DNA of 64,000 bases from an uncultured Verrucomicrobiae bacterium (GCA_963801815.1 CAWDGJ010000008.1:32001-96000), one strand, 5' to 3'. Shown: positions 27,416-37,099, numbered from the stretch's first letter. Notes: generated from the sequence alone by a model not told the origin. A program made the numbers and translations.

Positions 27416-28600
27416 TCACGCCTGGCGCAAAGTGAGGTGAACGATTTCGGCCGGCGCGTTCACACGCAATGGAAACCAATTGCCGACGCCGTTTGAGACG
27501 ATCAGTTTGCTCGCGCCACGTTGGTAAAGCCCCGACCAATAACGAAAGAGCGCAGGACCAAAGCCTAACTGTTCATTCAGCATCAACTGGCCGCCGTGAG
27601 TGTGACCTGAAAGTGTCAGAGGCATTCCGGAATCCGCCGCCGCATCGAACGCGTGGGGATGATGCGCGAGTAAAATCGGAAACGCATTCGCGTCGCGCTG
27701 CTCGAGTAGCTTTTTAACTTCCGCTCCAATCGCGGCGTCGCGACCGTCGCCATGAACGCGCGTCCAACGCATTCCGAGAAGTTGCACCGGAAATCCGTGA
27801 ACGTTTACGGTCATCGATTCGTCGAGCAGAAATGGAATGCCAGAGCCGCGCACGCGGGTTTCGAATTCACGCGGGTTCTCGATCAAATCGTGATTGCCTT
27901 CGATGATCGCAAGTCCGAAACGCGCTTCCATCCGTCGCGCTAATCCGAGTCCCGTATCGAGGTCGGCGAGAGCGTCGTTAATTAGATCACCCGTCAGCAA
28001 CACCAGGTCCGCTCGCAGGTCGTTAACAAGGCGTACCGTTTTCTCAAGAACTTCTCCTTTAGTGAATCGCCCGACGTGCATGTCGCTCACTTGCGCAACG
28101 GTCATTCCGTCCAAGGCGCTCGGAAGATCAGCGATGGGCAAGGTGAAACGTCGAACGCGAACATTGTTGAGTTGAGCCATCGCGATTCCGGTCAGGCCGA
28201 GAGTGAAAGCCGGTGGCAGCACTGCGGCGCCAAACCGAAGAAATTCACGGCGACTCCAGCCGGGTCCCTCCGCCGATTGCTCAACAGGCGTCGGCGCTCT
28301 GTGAGACATGATTTTTTGACCAAGCAAAATTGGAATCAGCGCCAAACCGATCAATACGAGCAGCCCGAGGCCGATGAAGTGCCAGATGAAAATTGCCGAG
28401 ACGGCAAATTTCGGAACGACCCGGTCCCAGCTGGCCCGCGACATTCGGGCGGCGATGATTCCGATCAATCCGAGCATCATCGCGAGCATGAAAATCGAAA
28501 TGATAATTCGGCCGGATTGATTACTGAGCCGGGCAAGGACGATCCACCACAGAATGTCCAGTGAAACCATCAACCCAATGATGGTGAAAATGAATCCCAT
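27416..28600 (-). CDS. Membrane-anchored metallophosphoesterase (YkuE/YaeI-like)
   Basis: SDMHVG, LTGDLIN, GNHD, AHHPH, LSGHTHGGQ; N-terminal TM helices. Confidence 0.9.
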   Translation of the reverse strand: MGFIFTIIGLMVSLDILWWIVLARLSNQSGRIIISIFMLAMMLGLIGIIAARMSRASWDRVVPKFAVSAIFIWHFIGLGLLVLIGLALIPILLGQKIMSHRAPTPVEQSAEGPGWSRREFLRFGAAVLPPAFTLGLTGIAMAQLNNVRVRRFTLPIADLPSALDGMTVAQVSDMHVGRFTKGEVLEKTVRLVNDLRADLVLLTGDLINDALADLDTGLGLARRMEARFGLAIIEGNHDLIENPREFETRVRGSGIPFLLDESMTVNVHGFPVQLLGMRWTRVHGDGRDAAIGAEVKKLLEQRDANAFPILLAHHPHAFDAAADSGMPLTLSGHTHGGQLMLNEQLGFGPALFRYWSGLYQRGASKLIVSNGVGNWFPLRVNAPAEIVHLTLRQA

Positions 28601-28630
28601 TTTCAGAATCTACGCGGGTTTTCGCGATTT

Positions 28631-28687
28631 TGGAGGGACGACCTCCGTGTCGTCCAAAAGTGGGACGCGACGGAGCGCGTCCCTCCA
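28631..28687. repeat. REP doublet (TGGAGGGACG...CGTCCCTCCA)
   Basis: 10-bp terminal inverted repeat and two internal hairpins. Confidence 0.75.
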
Positions 28688-28688
28688 A

Positions 28689-28922
28689 TTAACCGCCGTC
28701 GTTACCGATCGCCTCGACCGGGCAACCTTCCATCGCTTCCTTACAAAGGCCTTCCTCCTCGGGCGACTCCGGTTGCTTGTAAACGTAGGAGTGACCGCCA
28801 TCGTCGTTCCGCTTGAAATTCGCCGGCGCAGTCTCTCGGCACAAATCGCAATCGATGCATTGCTCGTCGACGTAGAATTTGCCGGCTGCGTTCTCGGGAT
28901 ACTTGTTGGCGACGTCGGCCAT
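28689..28922 (-). CDS. Monocluster [4Fe-4S] ferredoxin
   Basis: 77 aa, acidic; CIDCDLC..AP..F and CPVEAIG. Confidence 0.93.
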   Translation of the reverse strand: MADVANKYPENAAGKFYVDEQCIDCDLCRETAPANFKRNDDGGHSYVYKQPESPEEEGLCKEAMEGCPVEAIGNDGG

Positions 28923-28994
28923 AATTTTCTCCGTTAAAGGAGTCGGAAGTTAGGTGGAAACGGTCGGGATGCAACTGTCACTGCGGCTCGCACT

Positions 28995-30017
28995 TCAAAG
29001 CCCGAGAGTTTCGCGCGGGTCGCGGGCGAATTTGAACCCTGATAACGACGGCCCAAAATCGATATCTTTCGCCAGGGCAAGGACTTGGAAGCTGCGGCCG
29101 AGCATTTCGGGATGAAGAAGCGTTTGCAGGGCGCGTTTCGATTTCTCGTCTGTGACGATTTCTTGGAACACCGAAATAATTCCGGTCAGGAAATGGTGCT
29201 GATCGGTAAAGCCCGCGACGCGTAACCCACTTTTCTCGGCCGCGACAGCGATAACAGTCCAGTTGATGTGCGCGGTGATATCGGCGTCACCGATCTCCTC
29301 AAAAGGCGACTCGAGAGAGTGATGGCGAGAGCGGACCTGGAGAACTTCGTGAAAATCGCTTGCGGCAAACCCGTAATCGATCGCGAGCACGAAACCACGC
29401 CGGAGACGAGAGGCGACCTTCTCGACCCAGTTAAGTTGCGAAAAGTTTGTGGTTTGCTTCACCGGTGAATCGATAAAAACGAATTTAGTGCCGCTTAAGC
29501 CGACGAGTTTATCGCGCAGATTGATCGGCATCGCGTCGAGTAACTCGTTCGAAAAATGAATCCCAACGAACGGTTCGAGCTCATCGATCGAGTTTCGCCA
29601 TTGAACGTGACCGCCGAATTCCCGCAACGTTTGCGATTGTCGATTTTGTAATCTCGGAAACGGTTCGACGATTTGATAGCGCATGGCCGGGAAGAATTCG
29701 GGAGATCGTTGCCGCAAGAATTTGAGAACGTCGCTCGCGAATTCGCCGTGATGCGCGCCTTGTTCGACGATCGTGAAGTTGTCGATTTTCCCGAGTCGCT
29801 CCCAAATCTCCGCGAATTGAACGGCGAGCAAACCGCCAAAGAGCGGACCGACGCTGACATTGGTAAAGTAATCGCCGCGCCGGCCAATTGCCGCACGGTC
29901 GCATGAATAGTAGCCGTGGTCGGGATGATAAAGCGCCTGTTCCATGAACCAGGCGAACGGTTGAGGACCATCATCGTCGATCTTGCGGCGGACGATTTGG
30001 ACGAGTTCAGTGTTCAA
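28995..30017 (-). CDS. MidA/NDUFAF7-family SAM-dependent methyltransferase
   Basis: F..FM..ALY.P..GYY, G..GDYFT, E.GA..G..A.D, FSNELLDAMP, IDYG, ADITAH.NW, LL.P..LG..F.VL. TTG 30017 is the likely start. Confidence 0.88.
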   Translation of the reverse strand: MNTELVQIVRRKIDDDGPQPFAWFMEQALYHPDHGYYSCDRAAIGRRGDYFTNVSVGPLFGGLLAVQFAEIWERLGKIDNFTIVEQGAHHGEFASDVLKFLRQRSPEFFPAMRYQIVEPFPRLQNRQSQTLREFGGHVQWRNSIDELEPFVGIHFSNELLDAMPINLRDKLVGLSGTKFVFIDSPVKQTTNFSQLNWVEKVASRLRRGFVLAIDYGFAASDFHEVLQVRSRHHSLESPFEEIGDADITAHINWTVIAVAAEKSGLRVAGFTDQHHFLTGIISVFQEIVTDEKSKRALQTLLHPEMLGRSFQVLALAKDIDFGPSLSGFKFARDPRETLGL

Positions 30018-30132
30018 CCGGAAAACGTCGAACGCGGAACCCTGAACGTCCAACGCAAGAAATTCAGAAGTTCGAGCTCGATGTTGGACGTTGAGCGTTC
30101 GGCGTTTGCTGCCTAAGTTGCTGCCCTTCGCC

Positions 30133-32748
30133 GTGAGAACGCCGTCGACCAGTCCGTATCTCAGACTCCCACCGGGATATCATTTTCGCGAACCGTGGTA
30201 CAAGCGGCCGGAATTTTATGTGCCGATCATCGTTGCGGCATTCGTTTTTGGGGGCCTGGCCATTTATATCTCGATGAACCTGGCCGATTTGAAGAGCCAG
30301 GCTGCGACTTTCGACCTGACTAAGCTCGACCAAATGGAATCGGCCAGCGTGATTCTGGACCGCAACGGGAAGATTTTCGGCCAAATCTACGTTGAAAACC
30401 GACAGACCATCCCCTACGACCAGATTCCGCAAGACTTGGTGAAGGCGGTGATCGCAGTTGAAGATTCCGGGTTTTACCAACATCACGGTTACGCAATTTC
30501 GGGAATTCTGCGCGCCAGTTTGAAGAACCTGACCGCTGGACGCGTTCGTCAGGGCGCAAGCACAGTCACGCAACAGCTCGCGCGCAATAGCTTCGCGCTC
30601 AAAGGAAGAACGTTTCGCCGCAAACTCGTCGAGATTTTTCTGGCCCGGCGGATCGAGGACAATTTCAACAAGCAAAAAATCATGGAACTCTATCTCAACC
30701 GGATTTATTTCGGTGGAGGACTTTACGGCGCAGAAGCTGCCGCGCGCGGTTATTTTGGCAAACCGGCTCGCGAGATGACACTCGAGGAATGCGCGATGCT
30801 CGCGGGATTGATTAAGAGTCCGAATCGACTTTCGCCGTGGTCCGATAAAGCGGCCTCCCGTGACGCGCGCAATTACGTGCTCACTCGCATGCGTGATCTC
30901 GGTTTCATCGATCCTGCAAAATGTGCGGAAGCGCAGCGCAGCGCCGTGGTGATTGGCAATCGGCAAAACGCCCAGGGCCAGAACTATGCGGTCGATTACA
31001 TCCGGCAACAGGTAATCAACGCAGTCGGCTGGGATCGCGCGATGAACGAAGGATTTAAAATTCACACGACCATCGACGGCGATTTGCAGAAAATCGCGGA
31101 GGAATCATTGCGCAACAGTTTGGACAAAGCCGAACAGCACGGGGGTTACGACCATCAAACCTACGCCGAATACGCGACGCGCTTTAGACAGGCAAAATCC
31201 AATGGCACGGCATCGGCGCTACCAGCGCCCGATTATTTGCAAGGCGCAGTGATTGGCATCGATAACGAGAGTGGCGGAATTCGAGTTTTGGTTGGCGGCC
31301 GCGATTTCGAACATAATCAGTACGACCGGGCGTTGCAGGCCAAGCGCCCTGCCGGGACAGCGATCCTGCCGTTCGTTTACGCAGCGGCATTCGAGCAGGG
31401 AATGTATCCGGGATCGTTGGTGGAAGATTCGCCGCTCGATAATCGCGCCGTGATGATTGGCGGCACGACTGGAATTCTCGGCGAATGGGGACCTGAAAGC
31501 GCCGACAACCGCTACGAAGGGGCGATGACCGCGAGGCAGGCGCTCGCGAAATCAAAGAACGGCGCCACCGTCCGCATCGGGATGGACGCGGGACTGGATA
31601 ACGTTCTGCAACTTTGCCGCACGGCCGGCATCCATTCAAACCTCCGCCCCTACCCTGCGACTTTGCTGGGCAGTAGCGAGATTACCCTCGCCGACCTCGC
31701 CCTCGCTTACACAATTTTCCCGAACGGCGGCTGGCGGGCCAACGCTCCGCACATTTTAGAAAAAATCGAGGAGAAAGACGGAACGGTTTGGGTCGCACAG
31801 CGCTCGTTGAAAAAAGAAACCGTGATCAAACCCGAAACCGCTTACGAAGTGCATTCCTGCCTGGTCGACGCGCTTGACACTGGTACCGGCAAAACAGCGC
31901 GCACAGAATACGGGCTCAAAAAATTCCCAGCAGCTGGGAAGACCGGCACCGCCTACGACTTCACCGACGCACTTTTCGCCGGCTACGACAACAAGTTTAC
32001 CTGTGCAGTTTGGACCGGTTTTGACAAGCCTCAGAAAATCTATCGCGGTGCGTTTGGCCATGAAATCGCGATGCCGGTTTGGGTCGACATCATGAATGCC
32101 GCGGCCGAGCATGATCCCCCATTGGAAATCAAGCGACCCGCCACCTTAAAAGAGGCGGAGATTTGCTTCCGGTCCGGATTGCTGGCGACCGACAAGTGCT
32201 ACGACGCAATAAAGGGACCGACCGGCGACCTGGTGCAAAAGCGCACCACTTACCTGGAGATTGCGACCGATGCTCAAATGCCGAAGGAGCTGTGTAATGT
32301 TCACGGCGAGCCGCGAACACCAATCGTTACGGAAGCCGAAACCGAGGGTAGCGAAGCTCCACGCGCTCAGCTCGCCGCCGATCTCAGTGAGTTGAAGCCG
32401 ATTACGTTGAAGGGACCAACTCTCATCGCCCAAAACGATCCTTACAATTCGATCAAATCCACCGTGAAGATTGATGCGGTCGAGAGCGCGCAACCTCCCG
32501 AGAACCAACAAACGATCGACGACCGGCAAACCGCCGCCGCGCCCGACGGTGTTCGAAATCAAAAAATCGACAGCGCAAAACAGGACGATGGGAAACCGGT
32601 TCTGCGCGCGATTCCCGTCGAGCCAAAACCGGAAGAGACACCGGTAGAGATTCGACGCGCGATACCGGTTGGGCCGATGGACGAAGTGGATCAGGGCGCG
32701 CTTTTGAAGGCGGCCACTCCATCGCCCGGAACATCAGGCAACGAATAG
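30133..32748 (+). CDS. Class A penicillin-binding protein (PBP1A-like); transpeptidase SxxK motif degenerate
   Basis: TM anchor; GT51 motifs EDSGFYQHHG, GASTVTQQ, RKLVE, YLNRIYFG; SKN and KTGT present; start uncertain. Confidence 0.88.
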   Translation: MRTPSTSPYLRLPPGYHFREPWYKRPEFYVPIIVAAFVFGGLAIYISMNLADLKSQAATFDLTKLDQMESASVILDRNGKIFGQIYVENRQTIPYDQIPQDLVKAVIAVEDSGFYQHHGYAISGILRASLKNLTAGRVRQGASTVTQQLARNSFALKGRTFRRKLVEIFLARRIEDNFNKQKIMELYLNRIYFGGGLYGAEAAARGYFGKPAREMTLEECAMLAGLIKSPNRLSPWSDKAASRDARNYVLTRMRDLGFIDPAKCAEAQRSAVVIGNRQNAQGQNYAVDYIRQQVINAVGWDRAMNEGFKIHTTIDGDLQKIAEESLRNSLDKAEQHGGYDHQTYAEYATRFRQAKSNGTASALPAPDYLQGAVIGIDNESGGIRVLVGGRDFEHNQYDRALQAKRPAGTAILPFVYAAAFEQGMYPGSLVEDSPLDNRAVMIGGTTGILGEWGPESADNRYEGAMTARQALAKSKNGATVRIGMDAGLDNVLQLCRTAGIHSNLRPYPATLLGSSEITLADLALAYTIFPNGGWRANAPHILEKIEEKDGTVWVAQRSLKKETVIKPETAYEVHSCLVDALDTGTGKTARTEYGLKKFPAAGKTGTAYDFTDALFAGYDNKFTCAVWTGFDKPQKIYRGAFGHEIAMPVWVDIMNAAAEHDPPLEIKRPATLKEAEICFRSGLLATDKCYDAIKGPTGDLVQKRTTYLEIATDAQMPKELCNVHGEPRTPIVTEAETEGSEAPRAQLAADLSELKPITLKGPTLIAQNDPYNSIKSTVKIDAVESAQPPENQQTIDDRQTAAAPDGVRNQKIDSAKQDDGKPVLRAIPVEPKPEETPVEIRRAIPVGPMDEVDQGALLKAATPSPGTSGNE

Positions 32749-32749
32749 G

Positions 32750-33838
32750 ATGGCGTCGAACGACGGAAGCGATTTTCGACTCGGCGTCCTTAATCCTGGC
32801 GGACGCGACCTCGAACAATATTTCGACAAGCTGGCCAGTCCCGACGCCAAAACGCATCCACCTGTAAATTTTCATGGATTTGCCGCCTGCACGCGCGGGT
32901 CGGTCCATCGATCGGCAAAAAATGTGATTGAGGAAAAATATTCAATTCTCCTCCTACTTCGGGGCAATTTTCGCGCGACTGAGCGTGCCCTGGTTGAATG
33001 CCAAAACGCCGGCAGGATCGTCGCCGTGGCGCTCAAGGAAACCGGACTTCATCAAATCGCGGAGCAGTTAAGAAATCCGTCAAAACTCGCGCGCTTGGTG
33101 CGGGTGATTGAGCGAGCGGACGGATGCGTCGCTACGACTCCTGAAGCCGCGGAAATCTTTCGACGTGTCCGACTCAAACATGACCCGAACACCGTGGCGT
33201 TTATTCCAACGCCGTATCCACTCGAAGAAAAGGCCTGGGATTTCGCGATCCCGCCAAATCAACAATCCGGAATCTTCATCGGCACGCGGGAATGGGACGT
33301 GCCATCGCGCAACCATCTCGGAGCGCTCTTACTTGCCCGCGAAATCTGCGAAGCTAGCGGCGAACCAGTGACGGTCTTCAATCTTGATGGACGGAAGGGC
33401 GGAAAACTTTTGGAGGAATTGAAATTCCCGCCGGGCAAACTGCGAATCCACGACAAATGCGAACCTTACGCCGATTACGTCCGCGAAATCGCAAAGCATA
33501 AAATTGTTTTGCAGCTCGATCGAAGCCGGGTGCCGGGACAGGTCGCGGGCGACGCATTGCTTGCCCGAACAATGTGCGTCGGTGGCGACGGCGCCATAGA
33601 GCGAATCGCTTTCGCGAATTTTTGCGGCGAAGGCCGCACAACCGTCCAATTGAAAACGATCGCGCTCGACTTGCTCAAGAACACCGCCGCACGCGCAACC
33701 GCGATTGTCGAGTCACAGTGGCGCGGCGCAGAGCGATTATCATTTCAAGCAGTCCGAAAGCAGCTCGCGCTCTTCTTCAAGAGGCTTTCGACCGAGCAGA
33801 TCGAAATTCAACCCACGCTGCCAAGCATCCTTAAGTAG
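32750..33838 (+). CDS. Hypothetical protein, possibly a divergent GT-B glycosyltransferase-like fold
   Basis: 362-aa ORF starting 1 nt after the PBP stop; LQLD.S..PGQVAGDALL...CVGG resembles the GT-B nucleotide-binding segment. Confidence 0.55.
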   Translation: MASNDGSDFRLGVLNPGGRDLEQYFDKLASPDAKTHPPVNFHGFAACTRGSVHRSAKNVIEEKYSILLLLRGNFRATERALVECQNAGRIVAVALKETGLHQIAEQLRNPSKLARLVRVIERADGCVATTPEAAEIFRRVRLKHDPNTVAFIPTPYPLEEKAWDFAIPPNQQSGIFIGTREWDVPSRNHLGALLLAREICEASGEPVTVFNLDGRKGGKLLEELKFPPGKLRIHDKCEPYADYVREIAKHKIVLQLDRSRVPGQVAGDALLARTMCVGGDGAIERIAFANFCGEGRTTVQLKTIALDLLKNTAARATAIVESQWRGAERLSFQAVRKQLALFFKRLSTEQIEIQPTLPSILK

Positions 33839-34989
33839 ATTTCCTCGAGACGCCGAATTTGATTTCGCTGATCGAATTTTTCGGCAACAACATTCGAGCC
33901 GTTGCTCGCGAGTCGGGAGAGAAGGCCTGGGTCATTCACCGAATCGAGCAATGCGCGCGAGAGCGCGTCGTTGTCACGCTCGGGCACGAGGATTCCGCTC
34001 ACGCCATTTTCGATCGCTTCCGGAATTCCGCCGTGATCGGTGGCAAAGACGGGGAGCCCGGTTACCATCGCCTCCAGCATCGAATTGGGAATGCCTTCCT
34101 GGTTTCCGTCACTGCCGGTTTCACTGGGATGAAGGAAAATGTGCGACGCGTAGTAAAGCTCGCGCAGCTTCTCTTGCGAAACGAACCCCGGCAGATCCAC
34201 ACGATCGGCGATCTTGAGTTTACGCGTGAGTTCTTTCAGCTCGGCGAGCATCGGCCCTTCTCCGGCGATGGTGAGGGTTGCTTCCGGATAGTTATTCAGA
34301 AATGCGGTGAACGCGTGCAAGGTCGTCGCGATGCCCTTTTTCTGAACCAACCGGCTTGCTTGAAGAAAGCGCCACTTACCGTTGGTCGGAAATTCGCGCT
34401 CCCGAAACGGAAACTCTTGCAGCGGAATTCCGGTCCGCACGATGTCGATCTTGTTTTCGTCGCAACCCATCTCCACCAGCGCGCGTTGCAATGAACTCGA
34501 GCGAACGAAGACTCGCGTAACCGCATCCAGCATTTCCTTCGTTGCTCTTCGATATGCTGGCTTCTCCATGTCGACCAGAACGTCGGCGCCATGAAAGGAG
34601 ACCACTCTTTGATTCGGCCATGTCCGAATCAGCGGTAAAAGGTGAACAGCAATGTGCCCAAAGAAAATGTGCAGAAGCTGGGCGCATTCTCGATTTAGAA
34701 CTTCCGTAATCGCGCGCAGTTCGCCCGTTGAAATCTGCCAGGGCTTGTTGCGAAGCTGTCGAAACCAGAATCGTCGCAGAAAATGCGTCGCCGGTTTCTC
34801 AACGATGTCGATCCGATCAAACGGAAATTTGTCGGGATTTTCGCGTTTCTGAGCGATAACGACGGGCTGGACCCGGCGGAGTCCAGTCACCTGCCGATAA
34901 ATATGCAACATTTCCGGCTTGAGAAACGTCGCGCAGTAGAGCGCGACGACCGGTCGTGATTCAGGCGCGTTGCTCAAGGCTGAAATCAA
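33808..34989 (-). CDS. GT4 glycosyltransferase (WcaL-like)
   Basis: SFHGADV, RLVQKKG, FLHPS....G.QEGIPNSMLEAM..GLPV.AT.HGGIPE. Confidence 0.9.
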   Translation of the reverse strand: MISALSNAPESRPVVALYCATFLKPEMLHIYRQVTGLRRVQPVVIAQKRENPDKFPFDRIDIVEKPATHFLRRFWFRQLRNKPWQISTGELRAITEVLNRECAQLLHIFFGHIAVHLLPLIRTWPNQRVVSFHGADVLVDMEKPAYRRATKEMLDAVTRVFVRSSSLQRALVEMGCDENKIDIVRTGIPLQEFPFREREFPTNGKWRFLQASRLVQKKGIATTLHAFTAFLNNYPEATLTIAGEGPMLAELKELTRKLKIADRVDLPGFVSQEKLRELYYASHIFLHPSETGSDGNQEGIPNSMLEAMVTGLPVFATDHGGIPEAIENGVSGILVPERDNDALSRALLDSVNDPGLLSRLASNGSNVVAEKFDQRNQIRRLEEIYLRMLGSVG

Positions 34990-35040
34990 ATCCGCAATCT
35001 GACGAGTCCGTCCGCGAGACAGACCATCAAACGGCGAATA

Positions 35041-35352
35041 TCAAAAGTTAATTGTGAGAAGCTTAATGCCCTTCCACTTTCCGGTTTCGGGGTCGAGGTA
35101 AACATTGTCCTCGGCCGTGCCGTAAACGGCGGGCGCTCTCGGATTCAACATTTGCAGCGGATTTCCGCCACGAGAAGCTCGAGCAAGCACGCCCTCAGTA
35201 TTTTCCTTGGGCAGCGAGGGCGGTGATGGAGCGGGCCGGGGTTTGTTGGTCGTCTTCGTGGTAAATGTTTTCTTATGCGGTTGCGGCGATTGCGCGAAAG
35301 CCAAGCTCGCGACCACCATTAAAACCCCGAGTAGCACGAGCTTTTTCATCAC
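35041..35352 (-). CDS. Small secreted hypothetical protein
   Basis: MKKL..AFA signal peptide, Pro-rich linker, NPLQMLNP.AP..YG segment. Confidence 0.6.
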   Translation of the reverse strand: MMKKLVLLGVLMVVASLAFAQSPQPHKKTFTTKTTNKPRPAPSPPSLPKENTEGVLARASRGGNPLQMLNPRAPAVYGTAEDNVYLDPETGKWKGIKLLTINF

Positions 35353-35416
35353 TGTTTCTCCGGTTAAGGTCAGGCCTTGCTGGTTAGACTCCTCCGGCGC
35401 ACAATTGTCAAGACAA

Positions 35417-36388
35417 ATGGATTATTTGGAGAAAGCCAAACGTGTCATGGACCTCGAGATCGTCGAGCTCCAGCGGCTTCGTCAACGGTTAGGCGACGAG
35501 TTTTCACGAGCGGTCGCGCTAATCAAAGAGGCAGTCGACGCGCGCGGCAAAGTGGTTGTACTGGGCGTTGGAAAATCAGGACACATCGGGAGCAAGATCG
35601 CATCGACTCTCACCAGTACCGGATCGCCGGCCGTGGTTCTCGATTCGTTGAATGCGATGCATGGCGATCTGGGCGTCGTCGCAGACGGCGACGTAATTCT
35701 CGCCTTGAGCTCAAGTGGCGAGACCGAGGAGCTCGTTCGAATGTTGCCGGCAATCGCGCGGTTCCAGGTAAAAATCATCGCGATGTGCGGCGACGCGAAT
35801 TCCACGCTGGCCAAAAACGCCCACGTCGTTCTCGATGTGAACGTCGAACAGGAGGCATGTCCGCTGAATCTGGCGCCGACCTCGAGCACCACCGCTATGC
35901 TCGCACTCGGCGATGCTCTGGCCATGGTTTTGCTGGAAGCGCGCGGATTCAACAAAGAACACTTCGCCAAGTTTCATCCTGGCGGAAAAATTGGCCGCAG
36001 TTTGCTCATGCGCGTTTATCAAGTGATGCGGCCGCGAGAATCGATGGCGGTCGTTCCGCCAACTGCAACTGTGCGCGAAGTTTTGAAAGCAATGACAAGC
36101 GTCCGCGCGGGCGCCGCCGTCGTGGCCGGCGAAGATCGACAATTGCTTGGGATTTTTACTCATGGAGACTTCGCCCGGCATTTTCAATCCGACCCCAAAG
36201 TTGGCGAGCGCCCGGTGGCCGACCTGATGACCCTGAATCCCGTGACCGTGCACAAGGACAAACTCGCGGTCGAGGTTCTCAATTTGCTCGAGACGCACCG
36301 CATCGACGATCTGGTTGTGGTGGACGACGAAAAGGTGCCAGTAGGCGTGGTTGATTCACAAGACCTTACCCGCTTGAAGTTACTCTGA
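35417..36388 (+). CDS. kdsD: KpsF/GutQ arabinose-5-phosphate isomerase (SIS + 2 CBS)
   Basis: GVGKSGHIG.KI, HGDLG, EACPLNLAPTSSTT, FHPGG.IG. Confidence 0.93.
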   Translation: MDYLEKAKRVMDLEIVELQRLRQRLGDEFSRAVALIKEAVDARGKVVVLGVGKSGHIGSKIASTLTSTGSPAVVLDSLNAMHGDLGVVADGDVILALSSSGETEELVRMLPAIARFQVKIIAMCGDANSTLAKNAHVVLDVNVEQEACPLNLAPTSSTTAMLALGDALAMVLLEARGFNKEHFAKFHPGGKIGRSLLMRVYQVMRPRESMAVVPPTATVREVLKAMTSVRAGAAVVAGEDRQLLGIFTHGDFARHFQSDPKVGERPVADLMTLNPVTVHKDKLAVEVLNLLETHRIDDLVVVDDEKVPVGVVDSQDLTRLKLL

Positions 36389-36452
36389 GCGCGTGTAGAC
36401 TCCGCGCTCCGTTTTTCCTCTCAACTCTCAAGCATCAACTATCAACTTTTTC

Positions 36453-37013
36453 ATGGCCGCAGCAGCTAACGATCTTCGCCGCGGAATGGCGATCAAGTAT
36501 AACGGTAACACCGCAATCGTGCTCGAAGTGCATCACCGTACTCCGGGGAACCTGCGTGCGTTCGTGCAGGCAATCATTCGCTACATTAATACCGGCAAAA
36601 GCGCCGACGTCCGTTTCGGTTCCACTGACAAAGTGGAACTGGTCGACATCGAGCGAAAACAACTTGAGTTCAGTTACAAGGACCAAAACGGCTACAATTT
36701 CATGGATCCGGAGACCTACGATACCGTCGTCTTTCAGGAAAATTTGATCGGAGACGCCAAAGATTACCTGGTCGAAAATCTGGCGGTCCAGGTCCTGTAC
36801 GCCGAAGGCAAGCCAGTGCAGATTGAAATGCCCGCGTCAGTCAGTTTGAAAATTGTCGAGTCAGCTGAAGGTTTGCGTGGCGATACTGCCAGTAACGTGA
36901 CCAAACCGGCTAAGCTCGAGACGGGCAAGACAATCAACGTCCCGCTGTTCATAAAAGAAGGCGAAACCGTCAAGATCGACACCCGGACCGGCGCTTACAT
37001 GGGCCGTGCCTAG
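36453..37013 (+). CDS. efp: Translation elongation factor P
   Basis: DLRRGM.I, TPGNLRAFVQ, FMDPETY, GDTA..VTKPA.LETG..I.VPLFI..GE.VKIDTRTG.Y..RA. Confidence 0.96.
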   Translation: MAAAANDLRRGMAIKYNGNTAIVLEVHHRTPGNLRAFVQAIIRYINTGKSADVRFGSTDKVELVDIERKQLEFSYKDQNGYNFMDPETYDTVVFQENLIGDAKDYLVENLAVQVLYAEGKPVQIEMPASVSLKIVESAEGLRGDTASNVTKPAKLETGKTINVPLFIKEGETVKIDTRTGAYMGRA

Positions 37014-37099
37014 CACTCTTCCTCTTCCTCCTAGTCTCACTCTTTGCGCCAAAGACTCCCCGTGGTGATATAGAGACGTTTTGCGATAGAATCGCACCG

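Noticed and set aside
28235..28260. Tat export signal (SRREFL) in the metallophosphoesterase
   Set aside because: The motif is internal, after three TM helices, and is a common feature of this family.
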